This document shows positions 37,901-46,668 of a stretch of 64,000 bases of DNA, piece after piece. The notes beneath the pieces are model-generated. The model was not told the origin of the DNA, ran no database searches, and was given only the letters and a program-made list of their open reading frames with translations. A program made the position numbers and the translations under genes. Positions within the stretch are counted from its first letter, which is position 1. Each line of letters opens with the position of its first letter. The DNA is from Candidatus Cybelea sp. (GTDB lineage: Bacteria > Vulcanimicrobiota > Vulcanimicrobiia > Vulcanimicrobiales > Vulcanimicrobiaceae). The DNA lies in contig JBAVSO010000047.1 of the NCBI GenBank assembly GCA_049695635.1, positions 1,388 through 65,387 of the forward strand, read 5' to 3'.

Positions 37901-38160
37901 TCAACAAGATCGCCGACGGATCGCCGCACGTTCTCGATCTGATCGGCTCGCGTGCAGTCGATTTGGTCATCAACGATGCGAAGGGCGCGCGCGAAATCTC
38001 CGACGACTACAAGATTCGACGAGCCGCGGTCGAAGCGAGCATTGCGTGTTTGACGAGTCTCGATACCGCGAGGGCGCTGGCGGAGGCGCTCACGAGCCGG
38101 GCCGGACCGCCGCGCAGCCTGCAAGAGTACCGCAGCGCTCGAGCGACGATCGCGTCGTAG
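34963..38160 (+). CDS. carB: Carbamoyl-phosphate synthase large subunit
   Basis: 1065 aa. Duplicated ATP-grasp halves (each with GSGP..IGQ..EFDY), an oligomerisation domain and an MGS-like C-terminal domain. Confidence 0.97.
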   Translation: MPRRSVMVIGSGPIVIGQAAEFDYAGVQACRALREEGHRVVLVNSNPATIMTDPEVADAVYLEPLTVESVEEIIARERPDALLPTLGGQTGLNLAVELEEAGVLRRYAVESLGTPIETIRLAEDRERFKNKMLEIGEPVPESAIVTAIHQGVEFAKQIGYPLVVRPAYTLAGTGGGVVYDEAQLRATLDAGLNASLIHQALLETSLLGWKEIEYEVLRDGAGNCIVVCNMENIDPVGVHTGDSIVVAPSQTLSDLEYQMLRSASINVIRALDVQGGCNIQFALHPDRSEYAIIEVNPRVSRSSALASKATGYPIAKIATRIALGQRLDEIPNPVTGVTKAAYEPTLDYVVVKIPRWPFDKFPIADTALGTQMKSTGEAMGIGRTFRAALLKSVRGLDLNRETLTGWLVDWSDAELEAIVARPTHERLFALCELLHRHGIEDRTKTIERVHSLSAIDRFWLYELSELVSLEERIRAGASEADLHDALESGYSTAGLARLTDTPARRNGRARVASFRMVDTAAAEFPAKSPYYYLSNGELDEMRKTPRDAVVVVGSGPIRIGQGIEFDYSCVHAAWALKEAGRSPVVINNNPETVSTDFDISDALIFEPPGADEVEATYHATKALGVMLAFGGQTAINLAGELSRRGVPIVGSDRRSLDMAENREQFDAALHRLGVARPEGKAARSFREARAIARELGFPVLVRPSFVLGGRAMEIVYNEAQLAAYAESAPPILPDAPLLVDKYLRGLELEVDAAFDGEDILIPGIFEHVERAGVHSGDSIGVYPVQSIEPAMELRIADVARAVAAELRIRGLINIQFVLHGGKLYIIEANPRASRTVPIIQKATGVNLVAAATRIGLGEKLRDMEYGVGSIEHVPYVVVKVPVFSFSKMRGVETVLGPEMKSTGEVLGIDETFGGALRKGFLAAGVRLPGTGGRILVSIADEEKIDSIPVLRRYAELGHTLVATPGTRAVLEEAGIASEPINKIADGSPHVLDLIGSRAVDLVINDAKGAREISDDYKIRRAAVEASIACLTSLDTARALAEALTSRAGPPRSLQEYRSARATIAS

Positions 38161-38897
38161 TACCGGGCGAGGCGCGGGTATTCGTCGTCGGCGCAAACGC
38201 GAGCACGCTCGCCGTCGTCTGTTCGCTTCGCCCCGAGGAAGGGCGGATCACCGCGCACCTGATACCCCTTGCAGCGACACCCTTAGGACTCGCCCTGGGC
38301 GCGGGCCGGCAGGAAGTCGCCGTTCCGCTCGACGGTCTCTTCGATTGGATCGATCGGACCTTTCCGGCAGATGACGAGTATGCGTTCGTTGCATCGGTCC
38401 GGGATCTTGAGCTTTTGATTCGGACCGGCTGGCACTCCCCGTACCCCCAGGCCCTCGACGAGCGCAGCGTTCTCAACATCGAAGATATTCCCGACGAAAT
38501 GGCCAATGCGCTCGCGCGACCTTCTGTTGCGCTCGAGCAGTGCGCCGTCTGCCGGCGGCTCTGCATACGCGACGATTTCGTTTGGAAAGAGAAGCAGCTC
38601 TGCGCCTGGGACTATCACGCACAGGTCTTCGGTAAGCGGGGTCCTTGGCGGGAGGGAGCTTACGAGCAGCGTCACTTTGAAACGCTGCCGAGCTGCGCCT
38701 ACGTCGCTCCGAGCTTACTGACGGAGTTGGGCGTTGACGTCGTGTTGACGGTCGGGGAGGTTAGCGAATCGACCGTTCATGCAATCGTTAACCAAGTACT
38801 CGAGCTCGACCCCGCGCGCTCGCACATGGCCGTGAAGACGCGGAGCGGCGGCGTCCTGCTGCGCGAAACGCCAAACCCGAGTGCGCCAAAAGAGTGA
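38046..38897 (+). CDS. Hypothetical protein (Cys-rich segment CAVCRRLC...LCAWDYH); start uncertain
   Basis: Protein-like sequence begins only around 38160, after the carB stop. The only canonical upstream in-frame start is GTG 38046, 115 nt inside carB. Its stop overlaps the pbpA start (GTGA). Confidence 0.55.
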   Translation: MFDESRYREGAGGGAHEPGRTAAQPARVPQRSSDDRVVVPGEARVFVVGANASTLAVVCSLRPEEGRITAHLIPLAATPLGLALGAGRQEVAVPLDGLFDWIDRTFPADDEYAFVASVRDLELLIRTGWHSPYPQALDERSVLNIEDIPDEMANALARPSVALEQCAVCRRLCIRDDFVWKEKQLCAWDYHAQVFGKRGPWREGAYEQRHFETLPSCAYVAPSLLTELGVDVVLTVGEVSESTVHAIVNQVLELDPARSHMAVKTRSGGVLLRETPNPSAPKE

Positions 38898-40303
38898 CAA
38901 ACCGGGCAATTCGCGATCTCTTGGCGTTCTTTGTCTTACTCTTCATCGCGCTGGCAGTGAGACAGACATACGTGCAGCTCGTCGCGGCACCCACGATCTC
39001 GGCGCGCGTTACAAACCCGCGCCATGCGATGCTCAACGTCGGTCGTGGACGCATTCTCGCGACCGACGGCACCGTGCTTGCGCAAACGGTCGGCACGCGG
39101 CGCGTCTATCCGCTCGGCGCCGCGCTCGCCGCGCCGATCGGTTATGCTTCGGTACGGTACGGAACGAGCGGGATTGAAGGAAGTTTCGACCGGGCCCTCA
39201 GTGCACCCGACCTTAGCGGCGACCCGCTGGCGCAGCTGGCGGCACTCGTTGCCACGCTGCGAGGCAGCGCGGTTGCCAATCAAGGGGCGGACATCGTCAC
39301 GACGATCGTGCCGAGCATCCAAACGAAACTCTTCGACCTGCTATCGCGCTACCCACGTGGCGCCGGCGTCGTGCTCGATCCGCGTACCGGCGCAGTACTG
39401 GCCCTCGCGAGCGTGCCGAGCTACGATCCCAACGACTTCGATGCGCAGTTCCCTTCGCTAAACGCCGATCCGGAGTCGCCTCTGCTCAACCGCGCGCTGG
39501 ACGGTCTCTATCCGCCAGGATCCACGTTTAAGATCTTTACGGCTGCGGCTGCGCTCGACAGCAACACGGTAACACTGGATTCGCACTTCGACGATCCGGG
39601 ATATTTGGTTATCGGCAACTATACGCTGCACGATAACGAGAGCGAGGCGACGGGATACGGCGACTTGACGACTGCGTTTGCGCTCTCGAGCAACGTTGAT
39701 TTCGCGCAGATCGCGCTCAAGATGGGCACCCGCACGTTCTACGACTACCTCCAACGCTGGGGCATCGGCGGTTCGCCGGATTTTCAGCTTCCGGTGCAGC
39801 CTGACCGGGTACCGCCGGAGTCGAGTGTCGTGCCCGGCGAGCTCGCCCAAATGGGTTTCGGACAAGGAGCGCTCTTGATGACGCCGCTGCGAATGGCACT
39901 GCTTGGGGCGACGATCGCCAACGGCGGCAACGAGCCGCGCCCGTATGTCGTACGCGAGGTTCTTCGTGAGGGCGTGCCCCAGAGCACCTCGGAGAGCGCA
40001 ACCCTCGCAAGCCCGGTATCGCCCGACACCGCCGCGAAGGTCACGTCGATGATGATGGCCGTCGTGCAGCACGGGACCGGTATCCCGGCACAGCTCGCGC
40101 ACGTCAGCGTCGCCGGGAAGACGGGCACTGCAACGAATCCCCTCGGTCGCTCGCACGCGTGGTTCGTTGCCTTCGCACCGGCGGAGCAGCCGCGCGTCGC
40201 CCTCTCGATCGTCGTGGAAAACGTCGGCTACGGCGCGACCTACGCTGCGCCGATCGCTCGCGAGGTGATTCGGACGGCATTGGAAAGCGGAGGTCCCGAG
40301 TAG
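38894..40303 (+). CDS. Penicillin-binding protein (class B transpeptidase, PbpA/FtsI-like)
   Basis: N-terminal TM helix and the transpeptidase triad motifs STFK, SSN and KTGT. It lies directly upstream of the PASTA kinase. Confidence 0.88.
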   Translation: MTNRAIRDLLAFFVLLFIALAVRQTYVQLVAAPTISARVTNPRHAMLNVGRGRILATDGTVLAQTVGTRRVYPLGAALAAPIGYASVRYGTSGIEGSFDRALSAPDLSGDPLAQLAALVATLRGSAVANQGADIVTTIVPSIQTKLFDLLSRYPRGAGVVLDPRTGAVLALASVPSYDPNDFDAQFPSLNADPESPLLNRALDGLYPPGSTFKIFTAAAALDSNTVTLDSHFDDPGYLVIGNYTLHDNESEATGYGDLTTAFALSSNVDFAQIALKMGTRTFYDYLQRWGIGGSPDFQLPVQPDRVPPESSVVPGELAQMGFGQGALLMTPLRMALLGATIANGGNEPRPYVVREVLREGVPQSTSESATLASPVSPDTAAKVTSMMMAVVQHGTGIPAQLAHVSVAGKTGTATNPLGRSHAWFVAFAPAEQPRVALSIVVENVGYGATYAAPIAREVIRTALESGGPE

Positions 40304-42379
40304 TTGGTCGAGGAGAGGGTCTTCAATAACCGCTATCGCCTCGACCGCAAGCTCGGCGAAGGCGGAATGGCTACGGTCTACTGCGGAACCGACACCTTGC
40401 TGCGCCGGCGCGTCGCCATCAAAGTCTTACGCGAACAGTACGCTGCGGACGACGAGTTCGTGCGACGTTTCTACCAAGAGGCGGAATCGGCAGCAAAGCT
40501 CTCCCATCCGAATATCGTCAATACGTATGACGTCGGCCGCCAAGACGACACCTATTTCATAGTGATGGAGCTGGTTGACGGCAATTCGCTCGGCGAGATT
40601 ATCGCCGCCGACGGGCGCCTTCCCGAACCGGTCGCGATCGATTATGCCGCCCAAATTGCCAGCGGGCTCGCGTACGCCCATCGTCAGGGGTTGCTCCACC
40701 GCGATATCAAGCCCGCGAACGTGTTGGTCACCAAGGACGACGTTGTCAAGCTTTCGGATTTCGGCATCGCGCGGGCGGTCTCGCAGCAGACGATGGCACT
40801 GACGAAGCCTGGACTGGTAATGGGAAGCGTCTATTACATCTCTCCGGAGCAGGCACAAGAGCACGAAGTACACGAGACCGCCGACCTATACGCTCTCGGC
40901 GTCGTGCTCTACCAGATGCTGACTGGCAGGCTGCCCTATACCGGCGAGTCGCCGGTGACCGTCGCGCTCAAACATATCGGCGATCCCGTGCCAAAAATCA
41001 ACATCCGCGAGACCGGCGTCAGCCCCGCGCTCGCGGCGATCGTCAACCGTCTGCTGCAGAAGAACCCCGAGCACCGGTTTGCCTCTGCAAGCGAGCTCGC
41101 GACGGCGTTGCGCGAAGCGCGCGAACGTCCGGCGATTCCCGGCTATCGCATCTCCGACGACGCGCCCACATCGGTTTCGTATGCCCTGCCTCCTCGCCGC
41201 TCGCCGATGCCCGACCGCCGCTCCCCGCCGCCAGACACAGCAGAACGCGAATCGCGACGCTCGCCCTGGACCGCTGCGGCGCTCGTTGCGGCGCTCGTTG
41301 CCGCGACCGCCGCCGGGTACATTCTCTTCGCCAGACCGTTCGCACCGCTCGCCGGGGGCGTCGTCGTCGGGGATTACACGGGCATGACCCTAGCCGACGC
41401 GCAGGAAGCGGTCGTGAATGCCGGGCTTCGAACGCGCTTTATAAAAAGCGCGAGTGAAACGGTTCCTCCCGACCACGTCATTCATCAGTCACCTACTGCG
41501 GGAACGAAGGTGGAGAAAAATCAGGTCGTCGAGCTGGTGGTGAGTAACGGAAAACCGTTGCGCGGCCTCAACGACGTTCGCGGCTTCAATGTGAACGACG
41601 CCCAGCGTTCGCTTCAGCAGGACGGTTTTGCCGTGACGATCGAGCGGCGCTTCGACAACACCGTTAAGGACAACGTCATCGATCAGCTGCCCAAACCTGG
41701 AGCGAAAGTCCCCGAAGGCAGCCGAGTCACGCTGGTCGTTTCAACCGGTCCGAAGCCGATTCTTATGCCGAACTTCGTCAGCATGACGGTAGCGGCAGCG
41801 CGTGCGCTCGCCGACGCGCGTGGCCTCACTCTCGACGCGTCGCAAAGCGTTCCCGGCGCTCCGCCTAACACGATCGCCTCGCAGAGCATTCCTTACGGTA
41901 CGGTCGTAGATCGTAACGCGATCGTCCGCGTCGTCGTCAACAGCGGCCTGCCGAATGTGCCGCCGACGGCACAACCCAATGGGCCTGTCGTCGCGCTGCC
42001 GAGCGTCGTTAATGAAGACTACGCTTCCGCGCAGGAGACGTTAACGCAGGCCGGCTTTCAAGCTACCGTGAAATACGCGGTGCAGAGCACGAACAACGGC
42101 ACGATCGTCGCGCAGGATCCGCCAGCCGGCCAAGCGCCACAGGGGTCGACCGTGACGGTTACACTCTCCGTTTCGGGAGCCGTTCCCGACACCGACGGCA
42201 TGACTCGCCAAAGTGCGCTCACGACGCTCGAGTCGTATGGCTATTCCGTTGGGAAGTGGCAATACACGACGAGCGTCGGCGCCGGCGGCAAAGTGATAGG
42301 GACCGACCCGAGTGCGGGAACCACGCTCGCTCCAAGCTCGTCGGTAACCGTTATCGTCAACGGGACGCCGCAGCCCTGA
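40304..42379 (+). CDS. pknB: Ser/Thr protein kinase with five extracellular PASTA repeats (PknB/PrkC type)
   Basis: TTG start. Kinase motifs LGEGGMATV, VAIK, HRDIKPAN and DFG, then a Pro-rich linker, a TM helix (AAALVAALVAATAAGYILF) and five PASTA units of about 65 aa. Confidence 0.92.
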   Translation: MVEERVFNNRYRLDRKLGEGGMATVYCGTDTLLRRRVAIKVLREQYAADDEFVRRFYQEAESAAKLSHPNIVNTYDVGRQDDTYFIVMELVDGNSLGEIIAADGRLPEPVAIDYAAQIASGLAYAHRQGLLHRDIKPANVLVTKDDVVKLSDFGIARAVSQQTMALTKPGLVMGSVYYISPEQAQEHEVHETADLYALGVVLYQMLTGRLPYTGESPVTVALKHIGDPVPKINIRETGVSPALAAIVNRLLQKNPEHRFASASELATALREARERPAIPGYRISDDAPTSVSYALPPRRSPMPDRRSPPPDTAERESRRSPWTAAALVAALVAATAAGYILFARPFAPLAGGVVVGDYTGMTLADAQEAVVNAGLRTRFIKSASETVPPDHVIHQSPTAGTKVEKNQVVELVVSNGKPLRGLNDVRGFNVNDAQRSLQQDGFAVTIERRFDNTVKDNVIDQLPKPGAKVPEGSRVTLVVSTGPKPILMPNFVSMTVAAARALADARGLTLDASQSVPGAPPNTIASQSIPYGTVVDRNAIVRVVVNSGLPNVPPTAQPNGPVVALPSVVNEDYASAQETLTQAGFQATVKYAVQSTNNGTIVAQDPPAGQAPQGSTVTVTLSVSGAVPDTDGMTRQSALTTLESYGYSVGKWQYTTSVGAGGKVIGTDPSAGTTLAPSSSVTVIVNGTPQP

Positions 42380-42885
42380 GCAACGCTCCACTTCGCATCC
42401 TTGGAATCGACCCTGCCTTGCGCACTACCGGATACGGCGCTATCGAGCGCTGCAACGGCCGCGTGCAGCTCATCGAGGCGGGGATAGTTTCGCCGGCAAC
42501 GGATGCCACGCTCGAGCAGCGTTTGCGCGAGCTGCATACGGGCATTTCGGAGGTGATCGCCCAGACCGCACCGAGCTTGGTCGTGATCGAAGAGCTCTAT
42601 TCGAGCTATACGAACCCGCGAGCTGCGCTGATGATGGGACACGCTCGCGGCGTACTTTGCCTGGCAAGTGCGCAGGCCGGCGTCGCCGTTCATACGCTCG
42701 GGCACTCGCGCGTCAAGCGCGCCCTGGTCGGCTCGGGAAGCGCTCGCAAGGAACAGATCAACGCGATGGTGATGCGGCTGCTCGGTCTTCGGCGCGCCCC
42801 GAAACCACACGACGTCTCGGATGCGCTCGCGCTAGCGCTCGCCTTTTTGAACGTCGTCGATCGGGTACCGCTGCGTGTTCGCTAG
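42376..42885 (+). CDS. ruvC: Holliday junction resolvase RuvC (probable non-canonical CTG start)
   Basis: Homology starts at RILGIDPALRTTGYG (42394). CTG 42376 forms CTGA with the pknB stop. The only canonical in-frame start is GTG 42256, which would add about 40 Arg-rich residues inside pknB. The C-terminal motif DVSDALALAL is present. Confidence 0.8.
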   Translation: MSNAPLRILGIDPALRTTGYGAIERCNGRVQLIEAGIVSPATDATLEQRLRELHTGISEVIAQTAPSLVVIEELYSSYTNPRAALMMGHARGVLCLASAQAGVAVHTLGHSRVKRALVGSGSARKEQINAMVMRLLGLRRAPKPHDVSDALALALAFLNVVDRVPLRVR

Positions 42886-43498
42886 AATTGCCGGCTCGCT
42901 CGTCGAGCGCCGGGGCGAGAGCGCCGTCATCGAAGCGGGCGGCTTAGGCTACGAGATCGTTTTACCGCCGTGTATTTCAGAGAAGGTTACCGCCACGGCC
43001 GGCGAGCCGGTAACGCTCGAAATCTACTCCGTGGTAAATATGGACGGCAACAGCGGACGCTTCACTTACTTTGGATTCACCAACGCGATCGAGCGAGAAT
43101 TTTTCGAAGCGCTGATTACCGTGGCATCGATCGGCCCGCGTTCCGCGGCCCGCGCCTTCAGTGCGCCGATGTCGACCATCGCCGGAGCGATCGATCGCGG
43201 CGACTACGGCTTTTTGAAGACCCTGCCGGGAATCGGCCAGCAGAAGGCCCGCGACATCGTCGCGAAGCTGCAAGGAAAAGTAACGAAGTTTTTGCTGATC
43301 CGCGACGCGCCGCCGGCGACGCCGCAACCGATTCCGGATTTTGCGGATGAAGCGCTTGCGGTGCTGCTGCAACTTGGCTATAAGCGCGCCGAAGGCGAGG
43401 CGATGATCCGCAAGACGCTCGACGCCGATTCGACGATTCGCGATGCCGAACGGCTCCTCGCGGAGATTTATCGCCGAAAGGCGAAAGAATCGGCATGA
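42875..43498 (+). CDS. ruvA: Holliday junction DNA helicase RuvA
   Basis: [15 protein letters not shown]-fold start, a helix-hairpin-helix region ([13 protein letters not shown]) and the C-terminal domain III. It sits between ruvC and ruvB. Confidence 0.9.
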   Translation: MFARIAGSLVERRGESAVIEAGGLGYEIVLPPCISEKVTATAGEPVTLEIYSVVNMDGNSGRFTYFGFTNAIEREFFEALITVASIGPRSAARAFSAPMSTIAGAIDRGDYGFLKTLPGIGQQKARDIVAKLQGKVTKFLLIRDAPPATPQPIPDFADEALAVLLQLGYKRAEGEAMIRKTLDADSTIRDAERLLAEIYRRKAKESA

Positions 43499-44586
43499 GC
43501 GACTCGAGCGCACGTAGACGTCTGCTCGGCCCTGCGGACGTTTCGCTCGAACCAGCGGGGGCGCAAGAGCACGAACGCGTCGTGGATCCCGGCGACACGC
43601 TTGAAGACGAGGTCTACGGCGCAAGCCTGCGTCCGCGATCTTTCGACGAATACGTCGGCCAAGAGCGCGTCGTTGAAAACCTGCGAATCTCGATCGATGC
43701 GGCGAAGCTTCGCGGCGAGCCGCTCGAGCACGTCCTCTTTTACGGCCCGCCGGGGCTGGGCAAGACGACACTCGCCGGTCTCATCGCCCGCGAGCTCGGC
43801 GCAAACTTTCGTCCGACTAGTGGACCGACACTAGAAAAGCCGAAGGATCTCGTTGGGATCCTGACGTCGCTCGAGAAGGGCGACGTCTTCTTCGTTGACG
43901 AGATTCACCGCCTCAGCCGAGTCGTCGAAGAGTTTCTCTATCCGGCGATGGAGGATTTTCAGATCGACTTCGTCGTTGACCGCGGAGCATACGCGAAGAC
44001 GTTAAAGCTCCCGCTGCAGCGTTTTACGCTGGTCGGCGCGACCACCCGTGCTGGAATGCTGACGGCGCCGCTACGCGAGCGCTTCGGCATCGTGCATCAT
44101 CTCGATTACTACAACGTTGGCGAGCTCGAACGCATCGTTCGCCGCTCCGCAAACGTGTTGGCGGTTCCGATCGACGGTGATGCAGCGAAAACGATTGCGG
44201 CGCGAAGCCGGGGGACGCCGCGCGTGGCGAATCGGCTGTTGCGCCGGGTTCGGGACTTCGCCGAAGTTCGTAGCGACGGCCGCATTACCCAAGCGATCGC
44301 GGAGCAGGCATTGCAGCGCGAAGGCGTCGACGAACTCGGCCTCGATCGCCTCGACCGCGCGTTTCTGCGAACCATCGTCGAACAGTACCGCGGCGGACCG
44401 GCCGGAATCGCCGCGATTGCAGCGACGCTGACCGAAGATGCGGAGACTCTCGAGGACGTCGTCGAGCCTTATCTTCTGAAGGAAGGGTTCGTAACGCGCA
44501 CCGCGAGCGGACGCCGCGCTACCGCCGCGGCGTACGAACATCTGGGCATCATGCGCCAAGCGCCGGCGCAAGAGCGCCTGCTTTAG
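43495..44586 (+). CDS. ruvB: Holliday junction DNA helicase RuvB
   Basis: ATGA overlap with ruvA. Walker [10 protein letters not shown], Walker [24 protein letters not shown]. Confidence 0.95.
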   Translation: MSDSSARRRLLGPADVSLEPAGAQEHERVVDPGDTLEDEVYGASLRPRSFDEYVGQERVVENLRISIDAAKLRGEPLEHVLFYGPPGLGKTTLAGLIARELGANFRPTSGPTLEKPKDLVGILTSLEKGDVFFVDEIHRLSRVVEEFLYPAMEDFQIDFVVDRGAYAKTLKLPLQRFTLVGATTRAGMLTAPLRERFGIVHHLDYYNVGELERIVRRSANVLAVPIDGDAAKTIAARSRGTPRVANRLLRRVRDFAEVRSDGRITQAIAEQALQREGVDELGLDRLDRAFLRTIVEQYRGGPAGIAAIAATLTEDAETLEDVVEPYLLKEGFVTRTASGRRATAAAYEHLGIMRQAPAQERLL

Positions 44587-44594
44587 GACTATCG

Positions 44595-45602
44595 TTGATG
44601 CGACGAACGAGCTTTTTAATGCTGGGACCGGCGGCCCTTCTAGTTGCACGGCGCGCACGAGCGCAGGACGACGTCGATCCGGCCAGCTCCGCCGCTCGGC
44701 AGGCTCTGCGTGTGCTGCTCGGTCAAGGCGACGCACGGCCGAGCGCGGGGCAGACGTTCACTTTCGACGGGAAGCTCTACCGCGGCACGTTCGAGCGCAC
44801 CGCCGACGGCCAGATCGTTGACCTCGTCGACCTCGAAGGATACCTCTACAGCGTCGTTCCTCGAGAAATGCCATCGTCGTGGCCGGTCGCCGCGCTCGAA
44901 GCGCAGTCCATATGCGCCCGCACTTACGTTTTGCAGCGCAGCGACCCGCGCCGTGCGTACGATCTCGTGCCGTCCGAAGTCGATCAGCGTTACGACGGGC
45001 TCAGCGCCGAAACGCCGGCGGCAGTAGCCGCCGTTGATGCGACCGCCGGAAGCGTGCTCTCCTTCACCGGGGCGTTCGCGCAAATCGCCTACTCATCGTG
45101 CTGCGGCGGACATACCGAGTCGGCCTTCGATGCCTGGGGTACTTCTGCGCCGCCGTACCTCTCGGGAGTAACCTGCACATCGTGCTCGGACTCTCCAAAC
45201 TATCGCTGGCAGCGGACCCTCGCTTTCGACGCGATCGGCTCGCGGCTTTCCGGTTCTCTCGCAACGCTTGGCAACCTCAACGATGTGCGCATCGCCGAGC
45301 GCGACGGCAGCGGCCGCGCGCGCACGATCGAGTTGCTGACCGATCGCGGCAGCACCGTCGTCTCCGGAAGTGCGTTTCGCCGTGCCGTCGGATCGCGCGC
45401 ACTGCCGAGCCTCTTGCTCACGGACGTGCAGCGAGCACCCGACGGCTCAGGGATTCTCTTCGCCGGCGGCGGCCTCGGGCACGGCGTCGGCTTTTGCCAG
45501 TGGGGGGCGCGCGGGATGGCGCTGACGGGACGGCAGCCGTCGGAGATCCTCGCCTTTTACTTTCCGGGTACGGACATCCAGAATCTCGCGCAATACCGCT
45601 GA
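44595..45602 (+). CDS. SpoIID/LytB-domain protein
   Basis: Signal peptide plus the SpoIID signature region EAQSICARTY and YSSCCGGHTE. TTG 44595 and ATG 44598 are adjacent candidate starts. Confidence 0.8.
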   Translation: MMRRTSFLMLGPAALLVARRARAQDDVDPASSAARQALRVLLGQGDARPSAGQTFTFDGKLYRGTFERTADGQIVDLVDLEGYLYSVVPREMPSSWPVAALEAQSICARTYVLQRSDPRRAYDLVPSEVDQRYDGLSAETPAAVAAVDATAGSVLSFTGAFAQIAYSSCCGGHTESAFDAWGTSAPPYLSGVTCTSCSDSPNYRWQRTLAFDAIGSRLSGSLATLGNLNDVRIAERDGSGRARTIELLTDRGSTVVSGSAFRRAVGSRALPSLLLTDVQRAPDGSGILFAGGGLGHGVGFCQWGARGMALTGRQPSEILAFYFPGTDIQNLAQYR

Positions 45603-46668
45603 TTTTGAGTACGAGCTTCCGCCCGAGCTGATCGCGCAAGAACCGGCGCCGATCCGCGACGAAAGCCGTTTGCTGGTGCTCGACGGCGACCGGCGACTGC
45701 ATGAAACGTTTCGCGATCTGCCGGATTTGCTGCGCAGCGGCGACCTGCTCGTCCTCAACGAAACGCGCGTCATCGCGGCTCGGCTTTTTGGCGAACGGGT
45801 CGGCGGGAAAGATCGAAAATCGAACGTCGAGCTGCTCTTGCTGCATCCCGCCGGGTCGATCGAGTACGATCCGCTTGCCTGCAGCTGGATCGCGCTCGCC
45901 CGCCCGGCTCGCCGTCTGCGGCGCGGCGATCGAATAGAATTTGGCTCTTTCGGCGAAGCGCTCGTTTGCGCCGAGCTCGAGCAAGGCATGCGCGAATTGG
46001 AGTTTCATCTCGAGCTTCCGTTCGAGGAGTTTCTCGAGCGCGCCGGACGAACGCCGCTGCCGCCCTACATTCACAACGATTCCGCGCACGCGCAACGACG
46101 GTATCAAACGGTCTTTGCGCGCCGGCCCGGCAGCGTGGCGGCGCCCACCGCCTCGCTTCACTTTACCGACGAGCTGCTCGTCGAAATCGCACGTCGCGGC
46201 GTGGAGATCGTGCGGCTCTCACTCAACGTTGGGCTCGGAACCTTTCGGCCGGTCAGCGTCGGGTCGCTCGACGAACACCATATGCACGAGGAAGCCTACG
46301 CGATCGAACCCGCGGCCGCCAAAGCGGTCGGTCGCGCTCGCGACGAGCGGCGAAGAATCGTCGCGGCGGGAACGACCGTCGTACGTGCGTTGGAGGGTAA
46401 CTACGAATCGTTCGGCGAGATTCGAGCCGGCGAGTTCCAGACGGACCTCTTCATTAGGCCGGGTTTCGAGTTCCGCGTCGTCGGCGCGATGATCACAAAC
46501 TTCCATCTCCCGCGTTCGACGTTGCTGATGCTCGTAAGCGCGTTCGCCGGGCGAGAGCGAATCCTCCGAGCTTATCTCGAAGCGATCGAGCTTCGCTACC
46601 GGTTCTATTCGTTCGGCGATGCCATGTTTATCGCGCAGAGAGGTTCGCATGAAATACGTAACGTTTGA
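45583..46668 (+). CDS. queA: S-adenosylmethionine:tRNA ribosyltransferase-isomerase QueA (start unresolved)
   Basis: QueA homology (DFEYELPPELIAQEPA) begins at 45601, but the first canonical in-frame start is TTG 45670. The frame opens after TGA 45523-45525 with no ATG/GTG/TTG. ATC 45583 is the only near-cognate candidate. The later motif TNFHLPRSTLLMLVSAF is present. Confidence 0.8.
   Translation: MSRNTADFEYELPPELIAQEPAPIRDESRLLVLDGDRRLHETFRDLPDLLRSGDLLVLNETRVIAARLFGERVGGKDRKSNVELLLLHPAGSIEYDPLACSWIALARPARRLRRGDRIEFGSFGEALVCAELEQGMRELEFHLELPFEEFLERAGRTPLPPYIHNDSAHAQRRYQTVFARRPGSVAAPTASLHFTDELLVEIARRGVEIVRLSLNVGLGTFRPVSVGSLDEHHMHEEAYAIEPAAAKAVGRARDERRRIVAAGTTVVRALEGNYESFGEIRAGEFQTDLFIRPGFEFRVVGAMITNFHLPRSTLLMLVSAFAGRERILRAYLEAIELRYRFYSFGDAMFIAQRGSHEIRNV

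Noticed and set aside
37198-38196. 332-aa ORF antisense to the 3' part of carB (also 36313-36972, 35566-36075)
   Set aside because: Same high-GC antisense artefact. No motifs and Arg-rich composition.
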